A program made the position numbers and the translations under genes. Below, piece after piece: positions 8,439 to 16,788 of a DNA stretch of 34,550 nt; the first letter of the stretch is position 1; the number at the start of each line of letters is the position of its first letter. The stretch lies in sequence record SRR31156797_9558. One strand, 5' to 3'. The notes beneath the pieces are model-generated. The model was not told the origin of the DNA and did not search any database. It saw only the letters and a program-made list of their open reading frames with translations.

Positions 8439-10616
8439 ATGGAAGAAAAGTATAAAGTAGAGGAGCAGGCGCTAAAAAATGAGTTGCTTACTTTAAGCAA
8501 AAACAGACTTTCAAATGAAGCACATACTGATATTCAAGCGGCTATTGAATTTGGAGAGCAAATTTATGGTAATGAGTTGCGTAAATCGGGTGAGCCATAC
8601 TTTATTCACCCATTGGCTGTAGCCTTAACTGCTGCGGAAGAGTTGGGAATGACCCGAAACTCAGTTATCGCAGCATTATTGCATGATTTGTACGATTTTA
8701 AGTCTTTCAATGAAGATCAAATAACTGAAAAGTTTGGTGATAAGGTGTTGGAAATTATGCGCGGTTTGCATAAAATCTCAGGACTGTATACTCAAAATAT
8801 CACACTACAGGATCAAAACTATATCAACCTGATTTTGAATATAGTAACTGATGTACGTATCATCCTCCTGAAGTTGGCTGATCGTCTGCAGAATATGCGT
8901 AATATCAATAACTTTAATAAAGAGAAGCAACGTTCATTGGCTGAAGAGATTGGAGCTTTATATGCACCTATTGCGCATAGACTGGGACTATATCAGGTAA
9001 AGACTGAAATGGAAGATTTTTGGTTGAAAATGACGCATCCTGGAGCTTATAAAAATATTTTACGTCAAATTGAAAAAAACAGTGCTTCGTTAGATCGATA
9101 TATTGCTGATTTTACAAAACCAATAAAGGAAGAGTTAGATGCAATTGGGGTGAAGTATGAGATGAAAGGACGCGTGAAATCTGTATATTCTATATGGCGA
9201 AAAATGGAAAAACAAAATGTCGATTTTGAAGAAATATATGACTTTTTTGCCATTCGGATTATATTGGAAGAAGTAGCTCGTGAACAAGAAAAAGCCATTT
9301 GCTGGAATGCTTATTCTATAGTTTCAAATTTATATCGACCAAATCCAAAGCGTTTACGTGACTGGATTTCTGCACCTAAATCCAGTGGATATGAATCTCT
9401 GCATACTACAGTGCAAGCATTGGATGATAAATGGGTAGAAGTGCAAATCAGAACCCGGCGTATGGATGATGATGCTGAAAAAGGACAGGCTGCTCACTGG
9501 AAATATAAAGAAGCTGGAGGCGCTTCTAAACAAGATGAATGGTTGGCTAAAGTAAGAGATGTATTGGAGTCTCCTGCAAAGAGTGATGAGGATATTGAAA
9601 TTTCTACCCAGGCTAAAGATTTTTCCCCTAACGTATTTGTTTTTACTCCCGCGGGAGACATTAAAAAATTGCCTCGCGGAGCAACCATTATTGATTTTGC
9701 TTTTAGTATCCATAGTCGGGTAGGAGAGCAATGCACCGGTGCGCGCATTAATGGGAAAATAGTGCCCATCAGATACAAATTACAGAATGGCGAAACAGTA
9801 GAAATTATCACTTCGAAAAAACAGAAACCTACAGAAAGCTGGTTAAAGATTGCTGTTTCTACCCGAGTAAAAAACCGAATAAAAAGAGCATTGCGTGAAA
9901 CTCGCTATCGTGAGGCTGAATTGGGTAAAGAAGAATTACAACGTAAATTAAAGCAATTAGATCTTAATGAGACAGAAGATTACATTGTAAAGCTTTTGAA
10001 ACATTTCAAATTGGATTCAGCAGTTGATTTGTATGTGGCATTTGCTCAGGATGATATTGATTTTAATACTGTAAGAGACATCTGTACACGAGATGCAGAA
10101 CAGGAAGTAACTTCAGCTGAAGATCTGGTTACGAAAACCACAACCTCTAAACCTAAAGATGACGATTACTTGATTATTGGTGACGATATTAGTCAGGTGA
10201 ATTATCAATTGGCAAAGTGTTGTAGTCCGGTGTTTGGAGATAAAGTTTTTGGATTTGTTTCAGTAGCAAAAGGTATTGTAATACATAGAGATCGCTGTCC
10301 CAATGCAAAGTCTTTAAAAGAAAATTTTCCATATAGGATTATTCAGGCTAAATGGAACGATGCATCAGAAGATAAGCATTTCATGACAGATGTACGTGTC
10401 ATTGGAATTGATAAAATGGGTGTGCTGAATCAAATCAGTAAAGTATTTGCTGATGAGATGAATATAAACATCCAATCTATGAATATTTCAGCCCATGAGG
10501 GCATTTGGGAGGCTATTATTACTTTTAATGTACGTGATAATGATCACCTTCAGTATATTTTGAGGCAACTGGAGCAGAATAAGATGGTTTTGCAAGCTGA
10601 GAGACTTGAGTCTTAG
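8439..10616 (+). CDS. Long RelA/SpoT homologue (HD-SYNTH-TGS-ZFD-ACT)
   Basis: RKSGEPY..HP, LLHD, KLADRL, YAPIAHRLG, GYESLHTT, EVQIRT, AAHWKYK, TGS (VFVFTP, DFAF.IHS), AKCC and a C-terminal ACT domain. Confidence 0.96.
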   Translation: MEEKYKVEEQALKNELLTLSKNRLSNEAHTDIQAAIEFGEQIYGNELRKSGEPYFIHPLAVALTAAEELGMTRNSVIAALLHDLYDFKSFNEDQITEKFGDKVLEIMRGLHKISGLYTQNITLQDQNYINLILNIVTDVRIILLKLADRLQNMRNINNFNKEKQRSLAEEIGALYAPIAHRLGLYQVKTEMEDFWLKMTHPGAYKNILRQIEKNSASLDRYIADFTKPIKEELDAIGVKYEMKGRVKSVYSIWRKMEKQNVDFEEIYDFFAIRIILEEVAREQEKAICWNAYSIVSNLYRPNPKRLRDWISAPKSSGYESLHTTVQALDDKWVEVQIRTRRMDDDAEKGQAAHWKYKEAGGASKQDEWLAKVRDVLESPAKSDEDIEISTQAKDFSPNVFVFTPAGDIKKLPRGATIIDFAFSIHSRVGEQCTGARINGKIVPIRYKLQNGETVEIITSKKQKPTESWLKIAVSTRVKNRIKRALRETRYREAELGKEELQRKLKQLDLNETEDYIVKLLKHFKLDSAVDLYVAFAQDDIDFNTVRDICTRDAEQEVTSAEDLVTKTTTSKPKDDDYLIIGDDISQVNYQLAKCCSPVFGDKVFGFVSVAKGIVIHRDRCPNAKSLKENFPYRIIQAKWNDASEDKHFMTDVRVIGIDKMGVLNQISKVFADEMNINIQSMNISAHEGIWEAIITFNVRDNDHLQYILRQLEQNKMVLQAERLES

Positions 10617-10623
10617 GACAGTT

Positions 10624-10651
10624 TTGAGTATTGAGTTTTGTGTATTGAGGA
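10624..10651 (+). repeat. Degenerate 7-bp tandem repeat, 4 copies
   Basis: ttgagta ttgagtt ttgtgta ttgagga. Confidence 0.7.
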
Positions 10652-10680
10652 ACTGAGAGCGAAGAGATTTAAGAAAAAAA

Positions 10681-10734
10681 GAGACTTAAGTTAACTAAGG
10701 GACTTAAGTGAACTAAGAGACTTAAGAGACTTTA
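10681..10734 (+). repeat. Degenerate 9-bp tandem repeat, 6 copies (alternating, 18-bp super-period)
   Basis: gagacttaa gttaactaa gggacttaa gtgaactaa gagacttaa gagacttta. Confidence 0.85.
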
Positions 10735-10736
10735 AC

Positions 10737-10815
10737 TTGGAAACGTCATTACGAGGAAATTTTACTGTAGCGAAGCGAAAGTAAATTGACGAAGTAATCT
10801 CGTTCAAACTTCTAC
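10737..10815 (+). repeat. REP/REPIN-like element, left arm
   Basis: Reads gtcattacgaggaa-[hairpin]-tgacgaagtaatctcgttcaaacttctac. Bases 10787-10815 match the reverse complement of 12417-12445 at 27/29 positions. Confidence 0.8.
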
Positions 10816-10883
10816 GCAGAACAAATTAACTATTCATCGCATATTTTGCAACGAAAAGGCGTATTATTCGTTGAGTCAATATA

Positions 10884-10891
10884 TAATTTTG
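10884..10891 (+). promoter_or_regulatory. Candidate sigma-A -7 element for the T9SS cargo gene
   Basis: TAATTTTG, about 50 bp upstream of ATG 10943 and inside the inverted-repeat bracket. Confidence 0.45.
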
Positions 10892-10942
10892 AATCCTTCA
10901 ACTATTGTTATAAATTTATAAGAGTTTTCAATCTGATATGCT

Positions 10943-12394
10943 ATGAGATACTTTGTCATTTTTTGTATTGGATTTTTAGCTTTCTATTCTCACTTATTTG
11001 CTCAGGAATGGAGTGATCCTTCTATAATAAGTGGAGGAAATAAAATAGATAATCCAGACTTTTGTATAGATAATTCTGGAGTAATTCATTGTGTATGGAC
11101 ACATGAGGTAGAAGAAAACTTTAAAAAAATATACTATTCAAAATCAAGTGATGACGGAAATACATGGTCCACTCCAACAGACGTTGTCCAAAATGAATCA
11201 TTATGGCTTGATAATGCAAGCATAGCTTGTGATAGTAATGATGATATATACATTTGTTATGACCATGACAATGCCAATCCTTATGCAACCATCGTTTTAT
11301 TAACAAAACTTATCAATAATACCTGGTCAACCCCCGATACAGTTTCAGAAGGACTTTACAGCTCTTATCATAATAGAATAATATTTGATAATGATGATAG
11401 ATTATATGTTTTTTGGCATAGGCCTGAATCGATCTACTATAGATATTATTATAGTAATGCATGGAGTAATATAATTATTCCTTATGATGATGATAATTTT
11501 ATTGGCCTTGCGGATGTAAAGGCAGATACAAATAATAATTTACATTGTATTGGTTCATTTCATTATCTAGGTCAGAATCATTATAATGATCGCGCTGTTT
11601 ATTTTTCATATGATTTATTTAATAGTCAATGGAGCGAAATTGAGGTTTTGAGTGATAGCACTACTTGGTGGGGATTAAAATTAGATTTAGATAATAATCA
11701 TTTCCCACGAACAACATGGGGCCAATACACCTCATTAGATTATCCACCTAAAAAAGGAACATATTATTCTGAGTTTAATGGAAATAATTGGAGTCAACCA
11801 ATACTACTAAATGAAAACTTACCCAATAATCAAGTAATTGCAATTGATAGGAATAATATTACTCATATATGCAATAGAGAAGATTTTAATGACACAGTTA
11901 ACGAAGAAATAATAAGTACACTTACACATTATTTTTATTCAGATGGAGTGTGGTATAATAATATAGTTGATCAAAGTGATTTTAATATTGGTGATTTAAA
12001 TATAAAGTATTATGATGGGAATCTATACTTAATATATAAAAAAATAATAGATGGTGAATCTGTTAGTAATTTGATAATTAAGACTTATGAAGTTGCTGTT
12101 GGTGTTACTAATATTATTAAAAATTCCTCGATGATTAGTTGTTTCCCCAACCCATTCACCGCCAAAACCAGATTCTCCTTTTCTCTTGAAAAAGCTGCCG
12201 ATATAACCCTTCAAATGTATAACCAGCAAGGGCAGTTGGTAGACATAATTGAGAAACAAAATTTGGCTAATGGAGAGCATCAAATTGAATGGCAATGTGG
12301 GAATAATCCAAAGGTTCCTCTGGGAGTTTATATGGCTTCATTGTTTGTGGATGGGGTGAGAGAGGGGAGTGTGAAGGTGGTTAAGGTGGAGTAG
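10943..12394 (+). CDS. T9SS type-A sorting domain protein with a BNR/Asp-box beta-propeller passenger
   Basis: Sec signal ending in ...LFA|Q, Asp-box SSDDGNTWS, repeated WS.P blades with D.NN..H.. strands, and a CTD reading FPNPF...MYNQQGQLV...GVYM...KVVK. Confidence 0.85.
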   Translation: MRYFVIFCIGFLAFYSHLFAQEWSDPSIISGGNKIDNPDFCIDNSGVIHCVWTHEVEENFKKIYYSKSSDDGNTWSTPTDVVQNESLWLDNASIACDSNDDIYICYDHDNANPYATIVLLTKLINNTWSTPDTVSEGLYSSYHNRIIFDNDDRLYVFWHRPESIYYRYYYSNAWSNIIIPYDDDNFIGLADVKADTNNNLHCIGSFHYLGQNHYNDRAVYFSYDLFNSQWSEIEVLSDSTTWWGLKLDLDNNHFPRTTWGQYTSLDYPPKKGTYYSEFNGNNWSQPILLNENLPNNQVIAIDRNNITHICNREDFNDTVNEEIISTLTHYFYSDGVWYNNIVDQSDFNIGDLNIKYYDGNLYLIYKKIIDGESVSNLIIKTYEVAVGVTNIIKNSSMISCFPNPFTAKTRFSFSLEKAADITLQMYNQQGQLVDIIEKQNLANGEHQIEWQCGNNPKVPLGVYMASLFVDGVREGSVKVVKVE

Positions 12395-12416
12395 GTTTTC
12401 GGTTTCAAATTTCGTT

Positions 12417-12517
12417 GTAGAAGTTAGAACGAGATCACTTCGTCATTTTCATCAAATCTTTGATTTGATGAATATTCCCCGTGATGCTTCGACTTCGCTC
12501 AGCACAACGCGTTTCAA
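12417..12517 (-). repeat. REP/REPIN-like element, right arm, with an internal hairpin and a nested palindrome
   Basis: Inverted copy of the left arm. It holds a perfect 11-bp stem ttcatcaaatc/gatttgatgaa (12448-12472) and the nested tgcttcgacttcgctcagca (12485-12504). Confidence 0.8.
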
Positions 12518-12544
12518 TTTTCTTCGATCCAAAATCCAAGATCC

Positions 12545-12566
12545 ACCCTTCGACTCCGCTCAGGGT
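12545..12566. repeat. REP-like short imperfect palindrome
   Basis: acccttcgactccgctcagggt has the same core as 12485-12504. It is preceded by the 7-mer repeat gatccaa aatccaa gatccac (12526-12546). Confidence 0.75.
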
Positions 12567-12650
12567 CCTATTCACTTAAGGTCCGAAAACGATAGTTCTA
12601 ATATGCAATTCCAATTAATAATTAATCAATAACCAATAAAAAATAATCAA

Positions 12651-13289
12651 TCAAAGTAGGTTGTGTTGGGTAGCAAAAACAGCAAGCGTTACCGAATTCT
12701 TCGATTTGGTCTTTTTAAGTAAAGCGTCTCTGTGCTTTTCTACGGTGCGGGGGCTGAGTTCCAGTTCTTCTGCTATTTCTGCACTTGACATGCCCTGGCA
12801 GATGAGTTTAAGCACCTGGTCTTCACGTTTGGAAAGGAGGTGTTTGATTTGACTCTTATCGTTGCGCTGCGACATGTATTCAATGGCGTTTTCCAGTAAT
12901 TGTGGGGAGAAGTATTTTTCACCTTCATGAACATTATAGATGGCTTTAACAAGCTCACTGGCTTCGGCATTTTTGACTACAAAACCCATGGCGCCAACTT
13001 CAATTACTTTGTTGTAATTGTCGAAATCGTCGAACATGGAAACGGTGATGATTTTGATGTCAGGGCGTTTAGCAAGTGCTTTTCTGGCAGCTTCAATACC
13101 ATCCATCTCAGGCATATCAATATCCATCAATGCGATATCGAATACTTTTTTATCCAATGCTTTAAGGAAGTCTTTTCCTGTGTATCCTTCGCCAACTACT
13201 TTTATTCTTTCGTCTTTTTCCAGCATCACTTTCATGCTACTAAGCAATAGCTTGTGGTCATCAACTAAAAATACACGTATGTCTTTCAT
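12651..13289 (-). CDS. NarL/FixJ-family response regulator (REC + LuxR HTH)
   Basis: LVDDH, LMDIDMPEMDG, GFVVK and LSKRE..VL.LI.QG.S..EIA..L.LS.RTVE.HR. Confidence 0.95.
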   Translation of the reverse strand: MKDIRVFLVDDHKLLLSSMKVMLEKDERIKVVGEGYTGKDFLKALDKKVFDIALMDIDMPEMDGIEAARKALAKRPDIKIITVSMFDDFDNYNKVIEVGAMGFVVKNAEASELVKAIYNVHEGEKYFSPQLLENAIEYMSQRNDKSQIKHLLSKREDQVLKLICQGMSSAEIAEELELSPRTVEKHRDALLKKTKSKNSVTLAVFATQHNLL

Positions 13290-13307
13290 CTATCTTGTTT
13301 TTATAAA

Positions 13308-13341
13308 TAACCGTGGGTCTTCACATGAAAACCCACGGTTA
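13308..13341 (-). terminator. Stem-loop: probable terminator of the OmpA/repeat-protein operon, or a REP-like palindrome
   Basis: taaccgtgggt...acccacggtta forms an 11-bp perfect stem 12 bp downstream of the 13354 stop. The T-tract is short. Confidence 0.6.
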
Positions 13342-13353
13342 GATTATTTTTCT

Positions 13354-15234
13354 TTATTTCGTTTTTATAACGGTAATATTTGATTTTAAGATTGATCCTA
13401 CACTTGAGAAGAATAGGTAGTTTTCAGTGAGTTCAAAATCATCAGCACTTTTAGCCACATCTCTAACATATCCTCCGGCATTGGTGAGCTCCATTACCGT
13501 ATTATTCGATCCCATAACCAGAATGTTTGTGCTTGGCAAATACTTCACTTTCTTAACATTTTGAGTGGTTTGGGTAACGTTTTTATTTTGACTATCCCAT
13601 AAAAACAGGTTAAAATCGGCATTAACTCCTGCAGCATAAATAATACCTTCTTTTTCAATTACATCCAGTATAATTAAGGTGCTGTCAAGTATATTGTCTT
13701 GCTGAATATAACCTTGCTCATTAACATGAACAACCCAGTTTCTTCCACTGAATATTTGTCCATCTGTAGAGTGTGCATTTATTGATCTAATACTTCCAGG
13801 AGTTGAATAGGTGCGTGTATATAATTTATCTGCTTCAGCATCGTATTTAACCAAATACATTGCTTTTGTTGAATCTGTTTTATGACCACCAACAATTACA
13901 TTTTTACCTGATTTTACACTGCTCATTGGATAGATATCGGTCAGCAATTTCATCCATTGTTTTTTGCCATCAGCAGCGACACTTAGCATCCAACCTTGTC
14001 CAGCTGTTGTGTCAGTAGCACCATAAATACCTAGTCCCAGTAGTGATCCATCTTCTTGTAAATAAAGCTCATTGATATGATCGTTGGCAGGTGAGCCGAA
14101 TTGTTTATTCCAAATCATTTTGCCCGTAGGATCGAGTTTTAACAACCATACATCTTGCAATGGTGCGGTATCAAGTTGAATGGTCCCTGCAACGTAAATA
14201 TTTCCTTGATTATCAACTGCAGCAGCATTGAACTTGTCATTGGTCTGACTGTAGTCAAAAGCTCGTGCATATACAAAATCTTTCACCTGGCTTTTTTCTG
14301 CAATTCTTTGACCCAGCGCTTTTGATTTGAGATTGAAAATATCATCATAATATTTACCAAATGGGTATTCTTTGACAAAGTTAGTGTAAGCTTCAATGGT
14401 ATTAATCTGTTTTGCTTTTTCAAACACGAGTTTTTGTCTCAATTTTTTAGCATCAGCTAATTGTAGTGCGTTTGGGTAATCCCTTATAAAAACATCTATC
14501 GCATCTAATGAGTTAGCTGCTTTAGCCTTATCGTAAGCTAATTGGTTTCTAAGTAATAATGCATCCGTGCGTTGTTTTGCTAATGGGTACTTTGCAATAA
14601 AATCATTTAATGCATCAAGAGATTTTGAAGTTTTGGCCTCTTCATATTTAAGTTCGTAGATTAATTCCTGAGCTTTCTCAATTTGCGCAGCTTCCGGAAA
14701 GTCTTTTTGGAATTTAATGAGGGCATCTACTGTTCCTTCTTTTTTAGCTTTTTCGTATGCATAATGATTGCGAATATGGATAGTATTGTCTAAAAATGGA
14801 CTTTTTGGAAACATTTCAATAAACTTGGCTGCAAGCGCAGGATCTAACTCTTCACGTACATAGTTGATAGTTGTTTCCTCAATATCATTGTATTTCTTTT
14901 CAACCCTGAAATCATATGGTTTTTTTCGAGTTTTAGGCATATTAGCTTCCATATGAGTCATTAATTCTTGTTTGTCTTCAGGTGTTAATGAGCTTTCATT
15001 TTCCTTGTAAAGCATCATGTGTTTATAGGCCTTAAAAAAGTCTTCTTCATCGAAATACATCCAGGCCATTAAAAAATTTGCTCCTGGGTTATTAGCATCT
15101 TCACTTAGGGCCTTGTTGGCTATTTCTTTAGCTTTTTCAAAGTCCTTTTTTTCCATTTTCTTTACAATTTTTCCAATTTGGGCATTGGCAGAAATTGCGA
15201 TTATGATGAACAGATATGTGATTATCGTTTTCAT
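13354..15234 (-). CDS. Exported protein: TPR-like N-terminus, ~37-aa helical repeats and a C-terminal beta-propeller
   Basis: Signal peptide ...ANA|Q, repeats of AY.KAK..N..DA...FI..YP, and propeller blades such as DNQGNIYVAG...VWLLKLDPTGKMIWNKQFG. Confidence 0.75.
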   Translation of the reverse strand: MKTIITYLFIIIAISANAQIGKIVKKMEKKDFEKAKEIANKALSEDANNPGANFLMAWMYFDEEDFFKAYKHMMLYKENESSLTPEDKQELMTHMEANMPKTRKKPYDFRVEKKYNDIEETTINYVREELDPALAAKFIEMFPKSPFLDNTIHIRNHYAYEKAKKEGTVDALIKFQKDFPEAAQIEKAQELIYELKYEEAKTSKSLDALNDFIAKYPLAKQRTDALLLRNQLAYDKAKAANSLDAIDVFIRDYPNALQLADAKKLRQKLVFEKAKQINTIEAYTNFVKEYPFGKYYDDIFNLKSKALGQRIAEKSQVKDFVYARAFDYSQTNDKFNAAAVDNQGNIYVAGTIQLDTAPLQDVWLLKLDPTGKMIWNKQFGSPANDHINELYLQEDGSLLGLGIYGATDTTAGQGWMLSVAADGKKQWMKLLTDIYPMSSVKSGKNVIVGGHKTDSTKAMYLVKYDAEADKLYTRTYSTPGSIRSINAHSTDGQIFSGRNWVVHVNEQGYIQQDNILDSTLIILDVIEKEGIIYAAGVNADFNLFLWDSQNKNVTQTTQNVKKVKYLPSTNILVMGSNNTVMELTNAGGYVRDVAKSADDFELTENYLFFSSVGSILKSNITVIKTK

Positions 15235-15245
15235 ATTTTCGATTT

Positions 15246-16652
15246 TTATTTTTTAACAAGGAAAAATTCAACTCTACGATTATTGGCTCTACCGGCTTCT
15301 GTTTGGTTTGTATCAACCGGCCTGTCTTGTCCAAAACCAACGAAAGTTAGCACATCAGCGCTTACTCCTTGACTTACAAGGTAATCAACAACTGATTTTG
15401 CTCTACCTTCACTAAGTTTTTGGTTATAAGCAGGATTACCCACATTATCTGTATGTCCTGAAATTTCAATTTTACTGATATTGTTGTCTTTAATGAATGA
15501 AGCAACCTTGTTGAGTTCAGTAAATGATTGTGGAAGTAGGGTGCTTTTACCGGTTTCGAAGAAAATGTTATTCAAAACAATAGCAGCTCCTTCCTTGATA
15601 CTAAATAAGTCGTCTTCTTTTTCTTCTTCTTGAACTTTAGGAGCAACAAATTTTACATCACCCTTACGAATACAATTTAGGGCATCGGTAACGGTGTATT
15701 TGTATTCTCCGGCAATTAGATTTGAGACTTTTAGGTCAGAGCTTCCATTGCTCCATTTTATATCGTAAGGTTTGGTTCCACCCTGCACGGTAATTCGAAT
15801 ACGACCATCATTTTGCTTTTGGTCAATTTTTCCTGTAATAGGGTTAAATCCTCCGGTGTAGAAAGAATCCACAACGGCAACCTTTAAATCATGAGGAATA
15901 CAGGCGCATGCTTCACATTTTGTAATTTCTCTTACTTCAACTAAATCAAAATAGTAGTAGGCGTAATCAGTTAAAGAATGATTGGTTGTATTTTTCTTTT
16001 CTACACCTACATAGTTTGTGTTTTCATAAGAATTGAAATTTCCAATGGTAATAAATTGTTCCCCGCCTTTAGCTTCATACACACGGCAGAAATGTTCCCA
16101 ATTTTTGGTGTCGTTCAAAAACAAACCTTTGGGGTTGCTTAATTGAGGTTCAACTTTTACCTCTTTTTTGGTATTATAGGCGAGTTTATCATTGGAAAGG
16201 TGCACACCTAATTGGTCGATTGCAAATCTGGAGCCGCTTGCAAGTTTGTAGTAAAACGAAACGCAATATCGTTTTCCCGGTTTCATTGCTTCAGTAAGTT
16301 GACCTTGTATGTATTCCCGATGTTCAAAAGTTGATCCACTAAGGATAGCTCCAGCATAAGCTTTTCCTTCTTTTGCCTGGCTATATCCTGCAAAGTTTGA
16401 TGGAATACCTGCTCCTTTATCAGAGCATTTGTTAAAATAATCAGAGGCAGTTTTGTTTGGAAAAGTCCAGTTCGGAATTAGTGTATTAGTTGCATCTTCC
16501 GGAGTATGTCTGATTGGACATTCCACATACTCTTCAAATCCTGGATTCTTCACAAGGTTATTTTGTGCCTTGGTCTGCAATGCAGACAATGTGATAATTG
16601 CAATACTCACAATAATTGCTTTCATGCCGATTTTACTGACAATCCCTATCAT
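15246..16652 (-). CDS. OmpA-like peptidoglycan-binding protein with an N-terminal beta-sandwich and one SprB-like repeat
   Basis: NLVKNPGFE N-domain, GGTKPY...WSNG...L.AGEY..TVTDA..C repeat, and OmpA C-domain IEISGHTDNVG...N..LS..RA..V...NRRVEF. The start may be 16625. Confidence 0.88.
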   Translation of the reverse strand: MIGIVSKIGMKAIIVSIAIITLSALQTKAQNNLVKNPGFEEYVECPIRHTPEDATNTLIPNWTFPNKTASDYFNKCSDKGAGIPSNFAGYSQAKEGKAYAGAILSGSTFEHREYIQGQLTEAMKPGKRYCVSFYYKLASGSRFAIDQLGVHLSNDKLAYNTKKEVKVEPQLSNPKGLFLNDTKNWEHFCRVYEAKGGEQFITIGNFNSYENTNYVGVEKKNTTNHSLTDYAYYYFDLVEVREITKCEACACIPHDLKVAVVDSFYTGGFNPITGKIDQKQNDGRIRITVQGGTKPYDIKWSNGSSDLKVSNLIAGEYKYTVTDALNCIRKGDVKFVAPKVQEEEKEDDLFSIKEGAAIVLNNIFFETGKSTLLPQSFTELNKVASFIKDNNISKIEISGHTDNVGNPAYNQKLSEGRAKSVVDYLVSQGVSADVLTFVGFGQDRPVDTNQTEAGRANNRRVEFFLVKK

Positions 16653-16690
16653 GCTTTAAAAATTAAGTTTGTGCAATAATTTATAAAACA

Positions 16691-16716
16691 AAAATAGGGA
16701 AAAGTATCCCTATTTT
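16691..16716 (-). terminator. Hairpin with T-tract, overlapping a TAnnTTTG promoter element (16689-16696)
   Basis: aaaataggga-aaagta-tccctatttt. On the minus strand it is followed by TGTTTT, and the reverse complement of 16689-16696 is TATTTTTG. Confidence 0.55.
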
Positions 16717-16788
16717 CTAATTTATTTTGTTAAGTCTAGAAATTCTATCCTTCAGCTATTTAAAGAGAAGGTTTCTTTTAGTAGTATT

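Noticed and set aside
10620-10740. Possible CRISPR array
   Set aside because: The units are 7-9 bp and contiguous, with no unique spacers and no cas genes in the window.
10737-12517. Autonomous IS or transposon
   Set aside because: The only substantial enclosed ORF is a secreted T9SS protein. I found no transposase motif and no clear target-site duplication.
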